Shown here in pieces: positions 1 to 8,744 of a DNA stretch of 10,766 nt (the first letter of the stretch is position 1; each line of letters begins with the position of its first letter). Both the position numbers and the translations under genes were made by a program. Origin of the DNA: a bacterium (lineage in GTDB: Bacteria; Zhuqueibacterota; Zhuqueibacteria; Oceanimicrobiales; Oceanimicrobiaceae); contig JBHHXN010000176.1 in NCBI GenBank assembly GCA_046757025.1, positions 1 to 10,766 on the forward strand, written 5' to 3'. The notes under the pieces are model-generated. The model was not told where the DNA came from and made no database searches. It was given only the letters and a program-made list of their open reading frames with translations.

Positions 1-42
1 GAACGCTATGAATTCTTTTCTCACTTATTTACATTGAATCGG

Positions 43-69
43 GAGACTCCTGCATTCGCAGGAGTGACA
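43..69 (-). repeat. REP-like GC palindrome with TGTCA tag, downstream of zwf
   Basis: Perfect 8-bp stem ACTCCTGC (46-53) / GCAGGAGT (58-65) with a 4-nt loop; the minus strand reads TGTCACTCCTGCGAATGCAGGAGTCTC. Only one copy is visible, so repeat status is inferred from its form. Confidence 0.55.
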
Positions 70-125
70 CCTGAATAGTAAATAGCTGGAATTATTTCAT
101 TACGAATTCAAGAACCGTCTTTATA

Positions 126-1655
126 TTAAAGCTTCGCCCACTTTCTGCCATCTCGCTGAATAAACTCCTCCGCTGCGTATGGCCCCCAGGTGCCGGCGCG
201 GTAGGGATGGATGTGCGGCGCATCTTTACCGTTCCAGCCTTGCAGTACGCCGTCCACCGCGCGCCAGGCCGCCTCCACTTCGTCGTGGCGGATGAACAGG
301 GTGCTGTCTCCCAGAATGGCGTCCAGAATCAACCGCTCATAAGCCTCTGGCTGCTCGGCATGAAACACGTCGCGATAATTGAACTCCATGTCGGTGGGTT
401 GCAAAATCATGCTCGGTCCCGGCACTTTCAGCCCAAAAGAGAGCCGAATGCCTTCGTCCGGCTGCACCCTCAGAGAAAGCCGATTGGGCTGCATGCTGTC
501 GCCCTCCTTGTGTTCAGCGTGTTCGGAATGACCAAAAAGCGCCAGCGGTGGCTGCCGAAATTCGATGGTGATTTCGGTCAACCTTTCCGCCAAAGCTTTT
601 CCGGTGCGCAGATAAAACGGCACGCCCGCCCAGCGCCAATTGTCCAAAAAGAATTTCAACGCCACAAAGGTTTCGGTGACCGAATTCGGATGCACGTTGG
701 TTTCACTTAAATAATCCCCAATTGAACGTTCGGCAATGTGGCCACTGGTGTATTGTCCCCGCAGGGAAAATTGCGCCACTTCTTCCACTTTGATGGGCCG
801 CAGAGCGCACAGCACTTTGACTTTTTCATCGCGCACCGCGTTGGGCGCAAACGAGGCCGGTGGTTCCATGGCCATGAGCGCTAAAAGCTGCAGGATATGA
901 TTCTGCACCATATCTCGAAGCGCACCGGATTGATCGTAGTACCCGCCGCGGCCTTCCACACTTACGGCTTCGGCCACGGTAATCTGCACGTGGTCGATGT
1001 AGCGGCGATCCCACAGGGGCTCGAAAATGCTGTTGCCGAATCGAAACGCCATGATGTTCTGCACGGTTTCTTTGCCGAGATAGTGATCGATGCGGTAAAC
1101 CTGGCGCTCGTGTATTTTTGTCAGAATTTGTCGATTCAAATTTCGTGCAGATTCGAGGTCCCGGCCAAACGGTTTTTCAATGATCAAGCGTGTCCAGCGG
1201 CTTTCATCGTGGGCGTCGGCCATCAGCCCGGATTCAACCAGAAAATTGACGACATCCAGAAATACGTTGGGCGGTGTGGAAAGATAGAACAAACGATTGC
1301 CCATTCCGGGCGCCACCCCCATTCCCTCATCGAGATTATGCAACAATTTCTGTAATTGCGAGAAACTCTGAACTTGATCATAATTGCCGCACTGATAGAA
1401 CAGCCGCTGAACAAATCCCTGCAACACTCTCGAACTACTTTGAGGGTGGGAACGCGAAAACGCCAGTATGGCTTCCTGCATTTCAGCTCGAAATTGCTGG
1501 TGCGATTTCTCCCGACGGGCAAAACCGACGATGACGGTTTTTTCGGGCAGCAATTTCTCAACCTCAAGCTGGTACAGAGCGGGAATGAGCTTACGCCGGG
1601 TTAAATCACCGGAGGCTCCAAAAATAACGATGGACGTGGAGATTTTCTGCTTCAT
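126..1655 (-). CDS. zwf: Glucose-6-phosphate 1-dehydrogenase (NADP+), 509 aa
   Basis: Rossmann IFGASGDL, GFARR (NADP 2'-phosphate Arg), EKPFG, substrate motif RIDHYLGKE, catalytic DMVQNH, RWAGVPFYLRTGK. Start moved from the track's 1679 to ATG at 1655 (MKQK...), which has GAGGT 7 nt upstream. Confidence 0.97.
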   Translation of the reverse strand: MKQKISTSIVIFGASGDLTRRKLIPALYQLEVEKLLPEKTVIVGFARREKSHQQFRAEMQEAILAFSRSHPQSSSRVLQGFVQRLFYQCGNYDQVQSFSQLQKLLHNLDEGMGVAPGMGNRLFYLSTPPNVFLDVVNFLVESGLMADAHDESRWTRLIIEKPFGRDLESARNLNRQILTKIHERQVYRIDHYLGKETVQNIMAFRFGNSIFEPLWDRRYIDHVQITVAEAVSVEGRGGYYDQSGALRDMVQNHILQLLALMAMEPPASFAPNAVRDEKVKVLCALRPIKVEEVAQFSLRGQYTSGHIAERSIGDYLSETNVHPNSVTETFVALKFFLDNWRWAGVPFYLRTGKALAERLTEITIEFRQPPLALFGHSEHAEHKEGDSMQPNRLSLRVQPDEGIRLSFGLKVPGPSMILQPTDMEFNYRDVFHAEQPEAYERLILDAILGDSTLFIRHDEVEAAWRAVDGVLQGWNGKDAPHIHPYRAGTWGPYAAEEFIQRDGRKWAKL

Positions 1656-1679
1656 TAAATATACCTCATTGGAATACAA

Positions 1680-2426
1680 TCAGCTCTGTCTTGTCTTCTC
1701 GAAAAGGAGGGCGGCTGCGGAGTTGTCAAGCATCCACATTAGATTGCCTGGAACCGGCAGCACCAGCGACGCCGGCAATTGTTTGCTCGGGCCATCCAAA
1801 TTCAGCACACGCTGCACGATCTCGGATTTAGAACTACCTGCAACCAGAAAAATCACCGTGCGAGCCGCGTTCAGCACCGGCAGCGTCAGGGTAATTCGGT
1901 TAGTGTCGAGCCGTGAGACAAAGACCGAAGTGACCAGCTTGTTTTTTTCATCAATGGCTTTGGCGCCCGGAAAAAGCGACGCCGTGTGGCCGTCTTCGCC
2001 CAGACCGAGCAGGATGAGATCAAATCTCGGCGGCGACTCGTTGAACTGTTCAAGTAAAACTTGCTCATATTCAAGCGCCGCTTGCTCAGGTTCGATTTCC
2101 CCGCGCATTCTGTGAACATTCGCCGGCGGAATCTCGATTTGATCCAGCAACGACTCCTTTACCATTCTAAAATTGCTGTCGGGATGGTCGGGCGGAACCG
2201 CGCGCTCGTCTCCCCAGAAAAGGTGCACTTGCGGCCAGTCCACACGGTTTTGATAAAGCCGGCTCGCCAGCAACGAATAGACGTCACGGGGTGTGTTGCC
2301 GCCGGCCAGAGCCACGCTGCAGTCACCCCACCGCTGCCTTGACAGGTTGATTATCTCTACTATTTTTTCGGCGGCCATGGTTACCAGGGCCGGCTTTGAG
2401 GGATAAATGTCAATCTCTTGTTCCAT
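1680..2426 (-). CDS. pgl: 6-phosphogluconolactonase (DevB/Pgl type), 248 aa
   Basis: ALAGGNTP, LFWGDERAVP..SNF, FDLILLGLGEDGHTASLFP and RITLT motifs; directly upstream of zwf (24-nt gap). Confidence 0.96.
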   Translation of the reverse strand: MEQEIDIYPSKPALVTMAAEKIVEIINLSRQRWGDCSVALAGGNTPRDVYSLLASRLYQNRVDWPQVHLFWGDERAVPPDHPDSNFRMVKESLLDQIEIPPANVHRMRGEIEPEQAALEYEQVLLEQFNESPPRFDLILLGLGEDGHTASLFPGAKAIDEKNKLVTSVFVSRLDTNRITLTLPVLNAARTVIFLVAGSSKSEIVQRVLNLDGPSKQLPASLVLPVPGNLMWMLDNSAAALLFEKTRQS

Positions 2427-2447
2427 GCAAGAACTCGCAATCGTAAG

Positions 2448-3182
2448 TCATCTTTGCTCAATTATTTTAGCCGCCACGGAACCCAGATTCGCAGGGTCAT
2501 CCACAATCCTTCCCTTTTCGATCAGATCGCTTTTATGAACCGTCTTGCGTGTAAAATCGGTGGTCACCACAATGCAGCGCATGCCAGCGGCAAGCGCTGC
2601 TTTTACTCCGGCTGGCGAATCTTCAATCACCAGACAATTAGCGGCCTCGGCCTGCAATTGGCGGGCAACCAAAAGGTAAATTTCAGGGTCGGGCTTGCCG
2701 TTTTCGACATCATCCCGCGACGCAATAAAATCGAATTGATCTCGCAACTTCAAGATATCCAGCACCCGATTGACCTGGGAACAATAGGACATGGTGGCCA
2801 GGCCGGTCTTGAGATTGTTTGCGCGAACGTAATTTAACAATTCGACATTATACGGACACCGGTGGTCGTGCAAGATCTTCGAATCGGCAAGCATTTGCTC
2901 ATAGAATCGCAATCGAATTAGCAAAAACGCCTGCCACGGAGTTAGTACGTCAAACTCGCCCATGCGAACCCGTACTGCTTCCTGCAATTCGAAACGCTGA
3001 AGTAGAGCCTCCGCTACCTCCTGACGAGAAAGCCCGACCACATCTTTAAAGGCCTCCACAAACTGTTTCTCGGTTACGTGACCGGGAGAAAGCTCCAAAG
3101 CAGCGCGGGCATACGAAATCGCCTTCAATCTTTCCGTCTGAACCAGAGTGCCATCGAGATCAAAAATCACCGCCTCGATCAT
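2448..3182 (-). CDS. HAD-superfamily hydrolase, subfamily IA (beta-phosphoglucomutase / sugar-phosphatase-like), 244 aa
   Basis: Motif I FDLDGT, helical C1 cap, motif II ATMS, motif III GKPDPEIY, motif IV IEDSPAG. Its start overlaps the upstream PGI stop (ATGA at 3182-3179). Substrate cannot be assigned from sequence. Confidence 0.9.
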   Translation of the reverse strand: MIEAVIFDLDGTLVQTERLKAISYARAALELSPGHVTEKQFVEAFKDVVGLSRQEVAEALLQRFELQEAVRVRMGEFDVLTPWQAFLLIRLRFYEQMLADSKILHDHRCPYNVELLNYVRANNLKTGLATMSYCSQVNRVLDILKLRDQFDFIASRDDVENGKPDPEIYLLVARQLQAEAANCLVIEDSPAGVKAALAAGMRCIVVTTDFTRKTVHKSDLIEKGRIVDDPANLGSVAAKIIEQR

Positions 3183-4939
3183 GCCAGTACCTGCTCCAGT
3201 CGCTTCAGGCCAGCCAGCACATCTGTACCAAGATGAAATCGAATGACTTTTCTACCGGCGTCCAGCAGCGCCCGGCGGTCGCCCAGAGCCTGAGCCAGTT
3301 TCAACACGCCGAACGAAATGGATGAAGCCTCAGCGCCAGCTTTGTCTGGAATATCCACATCCTCCAACGAATCGGCCGTGATTTGGATGAACAGGCCGTT
3401 GCCGGCATCGCCTTTGTGGAGCTGACCCGTGGAATGCAAAAACCGCGGTCCAAAGCCAACCGTGGTGGGTAATTTGTATTTGTCCCGTAAACGAAGACGA
3501 ATTTTGTGCAGCGCTGCCCGGGCCTCCTCTGTCGGATGGACATAAGCTTGCAGCGCAAGGTAATCTCCCTTTTTGCCGGCTCCATCCGCAGTGCTGGCGT
3601 TGGCCAGAAACTGACTCATGGCCTGTTTCAGATTGCTTACGGAAAGATCCGTGAATACCGAAATGCCGCCATCTTCAAAAGTCGGCGAAGGCTGCGGCAG
3701 CTCACCCTGCTCCTGGTAAGTTTCTACCATTTTGCGCGCCTGTACTTTCGCGGATTCGACATTGGGTTGGTCAAAAGGATTGACGCGCAAAATATGTCCC
3801 GCCACCGCGGTGGCCAGTTCCCAGCGAAAAAATTCGCCGCCGAGATCGTACACATCCTGCAGGAGTAGCTGCACCACGGGCTGATCAGCTCGTTTAATTT
3901 TATCGATTTTTTCATCGAGGCAGTCGTCGCCGGCCAACTTCAAATACACAAAAAGTCGATCCAGGCCATAAAATTCTGGAGCCGCCAAGTCTTCGCCGTT
4001 CACCGGTAAAATGCCGGTGCCGTCTTTACCAGTGCTTTCTGCGACAAGCTGTTCCGCCCACACTCCAAAATGCGCCAGCGCCGGCGAAGCCACCAGCGTC
4101 AATTTGTCCCGGCCGGCGTTGGCCAGTGCCCCCATGATGGCGCCCAGCCATACGGCCGTGTTGTCGCCGTGGAGGAGGTCATTTTCAGCACGGCAATTTT
4201 CTGCCATGCGGTAGGTACGTTCCAGCAGTCTGTTCAAGTCCAGGCCCAGCAAACCAGCCGGCAGCAAACCAAAATAGGACAGTACAGAATAGCGGCCGCC
4301 GATGTTCGGGTCGTTGAGAAAAGTTTCGCGAAACCGATACTCGTGGGCTAATTCCACAAGCGAGCTGCCGGGATCGGTGATGGCGATAAAATGTTCGCCC
4401 ACTCTTTCCCAACCGAGTGCTTTCACTACCAGATTAAAACAATACTTAAAAAACGACAGCGTTTCCACGGTGCCGCCGGATTTGGTGGAGACGATAAACA
4501 GCGTTTTTTGAAGATCAAGGTTTTTTGTGTGAGCCAAAACCGCCTGCGGATCCGTGCTGTCCAGAACCGCCAGATCCAGATAGCCGGATTTCACACCAAA
4601 CGTGGTCTTAAAAACTTCCGGCGCCAGACTGGAACCGCCCATTCCCAAAAGCAAGGCATGAGTAAAACCGTCCTGGCGCAGCGATTCCACAAATGAAACA
4701 ACGCCGGCTATTTTTTCAGTCATCCACTGGGGACTGCGCAGCCAGCCGAGCCGGTTGGTGATTTCTGCCGGTTCCGATTTCCAGATGGTATGATCCAGGG
4801 ACCAGATGCGCGCGATGACGTTTTCTTCCTGCATTTTTTGCAAGGTTTGCAGCACCTTTGGTTGCAGCTCGTGCAAATTTACCACAAAGCTTTGGGAGGT
4901 CAGCGGTTCAGCTTCTAAGTTTTCCTTCAAAAGTGCCAT
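3179..4939 (-). CDS. pgi: Glucose-6-phosphate isomerase resembling the C-terminal module of Tal-Pgi fusion proteins, here stand-alone, 586 aa
   Basis: RLGWL, LLGMGGSSL, STKSGGTVET, AITDPGS, IGGRYSVLS, EQLVAESTGK, NPFDQPNVESAK, GPRFLHSTGQLHKG. SD-like AAAGGA 5 nt before ATG 4939. Confidence 0.9.
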   Translation of the reverse strand: MALLKENLEAEPLTSQSFVVNLHELQPKVLQTLQKMQEENVIARIWSLDHTIWKSEPAEITNRLGWLRSPQWMTEKIAGVVSFVESLRQDGFTHALLLGMGGSSLAPEVFKTTFGVKSGYLDLAVLDSTDPQAVLAHTKNLDLQKTLFIVSTKSGGTVETLSFFKYCFNLVVKALGWERVGEHFIAITDPGSSLVELAHEYRFRETFLNDPNIGGRYSVLSYFGLLPAGLLGLDLNRLLERTYRMAENCRAENDLLHGDNTAVWLGAIMGALANAGRDKLTLVASPALAHFGVWAEQLVAESTGKDGTGILPVNGEDLAAPEFYGLDRLFVYLKLAGDDCLDEKIDKIKRADQPVVQLLLQDVYDLGGEFFRWELATAVAGHILRVNPFDQPNVESAKVQARKMVETYQEQGELPQPSPTFEDGGISVFTDLSVSNLKQAMSQFLANASTADGAGKKGDYLALQAYVHPTEEARAALHKIRLRLRDKYKLPTTVGFGPRFLHSTGQLHKGDAGNGLFIQITADSLEDVDIPDKAGAEASSISFGVLKLAQALGDRRALLDAGRKVIRFHLGTDVLAGLKRLEQVLA

Positions 4940-4994
4940 GGGATTCCTTTACATTTCGAGATAACTCATTTGAGTCGATTCAATTTTGCTGTAC

Positions 4995-7016
<2,022 letters not shown>

Positions 7017-7020
7017 TGAA

Positions 7021-7030
7021 CTCCTCCTTT
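7021..7030 (-). promoter_or_regulatory. Strong Shine-Dalgarno site for tkt (TTG start)
   Basis: Plus-strand ctcctccttt reads AAAGGAGGAG on the minus strand, followed by TTCA then TTG. Confidence 0.8.
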
Positions 7031-7108
7031 ATAGATTTTGAACGACCTGGCTGAATAAGCGTTGTGTTTATCAGAGCCGCCATTTTTATCATTTTTCTTG
7101 TACTTCAT

Positions 7109-7251
7109 GATTCTGTTGATTAAGTCTATTTTTCCATCAATCTTCATGCTGGGCGGAGTAGAAGTATGAATAAAAAACAACAGGTTACGGCATTTTCCAA
7201 TTTCACGTCGGGACTCAGACTGAAGGTTTCTTCGACTTAATCAACAGAGTC
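7109..7251. mobile_element. 143-bp non-autonomous MITE-like element with 18-bp terminal inverted repeats
   Basis: Left end GATTCTGTTGATTAAGTC (7109-7126); right end GACTTAATCAACAGAGTC (7234-7251), whose reverse complement GACTCTGTTGATTAAGTC matches at 17/18. Flanked by AT on both sides. No transposase inside. Confidence 0.6.
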
Positions 7252-7532
7252 ATTCATACTAATAATCAATTTCTAAATTAAAAAATCAAGAAAGAATCTC
7301 ATCACCAGGTTCTTATTACAAAAATATTATTTCTCAAAATGTGAATAATCCATATTTGGCTATCCAATTCGCACGGCTGAAGTTTGAGTTAAGTGGGTAA
7401 CCGTAATTCCTGTAACGTAAATTTGATCCCGAATATTTTTACATCGGGTATCAAAATATCTACATGAACAAAAGCCGGAAAAACTCCTCAAATGCTTTCG
7501 AACTCATTTTTACCACGGGATTTCAACTGGCA

Positions 7533-8390
7533 TCAGAACATCACTTCTACCAGCGTAACCAGAGCAACCAGCACAAAAAGTATGGCCAGCCCGCGCTCCA
7601 AAACCCGTTGCGAAATTCGGTTGGAAACAATCGAGCCTAACTGTCCGCCGATAATTACGCCTGGTACGGTGAAAATCACCAGATTTAAAACCGTATTCAA
7701 AGTATCCCCGCCCATTTGGAGGAACTTAACAAAATGTCCAGCCGACGCGACCAGCGCGGTGATGGCGACGACAAATACGCTGGAAGCCACCGCCACCCGA
7801 CTGGGAAGACGACAGCGCTGCAGCAGGAAATAACCGTTTAGTTCTCCCTGGCCGGTGGAGATCATCCCGATGAAAAGCCCCCCGATACCGGCAAAGATAC
7901 GACCTTCGGTTCGATTGCACACCGTATAACGGATTTCTTCGCCATCACGCGTAACCAGGCATGACTCGGCGTTTTCGCCGCCGTACTCTTTCTCGATGGC
8001 GTCGTCCAGGCCGGCGACTTCTTTCTGATCTGGCGCCCTCAGAAAACTGATGGCAATGGCTAACAAACCGCCCCCCAGGATGATTTTCAGAATTTCTGAA
8101 GGGACAAATCCTGAAATCCAGGTCCCGAGCAAAGCCATGGGAATCGTGACCGTAAGCAGGACCATGCCCAGTTTATAGTCGATCAACCGTTTACGCCCGT
8201 AGGCAAACAAACCGCTGGCAAACCCAAAAACTTCCGTAATCAGGCCGGTGCCGATGGCAATCTCTGGAGGCAGCCGTAAAGTTAGAATGAAAAGCGGGGT
8301 AAAAAAGGTGGCGCCTTCTACCCCTGAAGCCATGGCAATGGTGGCAATAACAATGGAAATGGGAAACATAAACCAATATTCTAAGGTCAT
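7533..8390 (-). CDS. TSUP family (TauE/SafE, DUF81) integral membrane transporter, 285 aa
   Basis: Two repeated halves with Gly-rich motifs (ASGVEGATFFTP; GMISTGQGELNG), AIGTGL and AVASS helices, IDYKLG, GVIIGGQLG; about 8 hydrophobic segments. Start at ATG 8390 (MTLEYW) with GAGGA 5 nt upstream rather than 8513. Confidence 0.88.
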   Translation of the reverse strand: MTLEYWFMFPISIVIATIAMASGVEGATFFTPLFILTLRLPPEIAIGTGLITEVFGFASGLFAYGRKRLIDYKLGMVLLTVTIPMALLGTWISGFVPSEILKIILGGGLLAIAISFLRAPDQKEVAGLDDAIEKEYGGENAESCLVTRDGEEIRYTVCNRTEGRIFAGIGGLFIGMISTGQGELNGYFLLQRCRLPSRVAVASSVFVVAITALVASAGHFVKFLQMGGDTLNTVLNLVIFTVPGVIIGGQLGSIVSNRISQRVLERGLAILFVLVALVTLVEVMF

Positions 8391-8597
8391 TTTAATCCTC
8401 AAATAATTTTTTAACGGGGATGTTCGAGCAACATGAACAGAAGGTTGTCGGTGAATGCCGGGCCTTTGGTCATTTCCAGGTGCTCTGTAAAGACAAATAA
8501 AACCTGTGCCCATTTGATGGGTGAATACGAAGCGGGCGTCTTATGTTTTTCAGCGCAGCCGTTGAATGGCAGCCAGGAAGCCATCCGCAGCAAGAAT

Positions 8598-8640
8598 AAT
8601 TGACTAATGAATCTTGTCCTCAAGATTTTAATAGTCAATT
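8598..8640. promoter_or_regulatory. 43-bp interrupted palindrome (operator or RNA hairpin)
   Basis: AATTGACTA-atg-AATCTTG-tcct-CAAGATT-ttaa-TAGTCAATT: perfect 9-bp outer and 7-bp inner arms. The palindrome is certain; its function is inferred. Confidence 0.5.
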
Positions 8641-8744
8641 TCATTTACGCCGTGAATGGCCAGAAAATGGTGAAAATCATTTCTTATTTTACAGCAATTT
8701 CTCTTTAAAAGCAAATCATTTGGCAATATTTCACAATAAAGCAA

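Noticed and set aside
1656..1679. 8-aa N-terminal extension of zwf in the ORF track
   Set aside because: It uses a non-ATG start abutting the pgl stop, and the segment contains the SD for ATG 1655.
7252..7330. Sigma70 promoter for the tkt operon (TTGATT, TAGTAT on the minus strand)
   Set aside because: No -35/-10 pair with both good matches and correct spacing; indistinguishable from AT-rich background.
7337..7357. AAATGTGA-ATAAT-CCATATTT as a CRP/Rex-like site upstream of tkt
   Set aside because: The spacer is 5 rather than 6 nt, the right half-site is degenerate, and the background is AT-rich.
7397..7423. Short GTAA direct repeats (gtaaccgtaatt / gtaacgtaaatt)
   Set aside because: Too short and irregular to support an operator or array.
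8391..8513. 41-aa N-terminal extension of the TSUP ORF
   Set aside because: Not membrane-like and lacks an SD; ATG 8390 has GAGGA and begins the first hydrophobic helix.
8411..8644. 77-aa minus-strand ORF between the barrel and TSUP genes
   Set aside because: No SD, no recognisable family, and it runs through the 43-bp palindrome. Not excluded, but unsupported.
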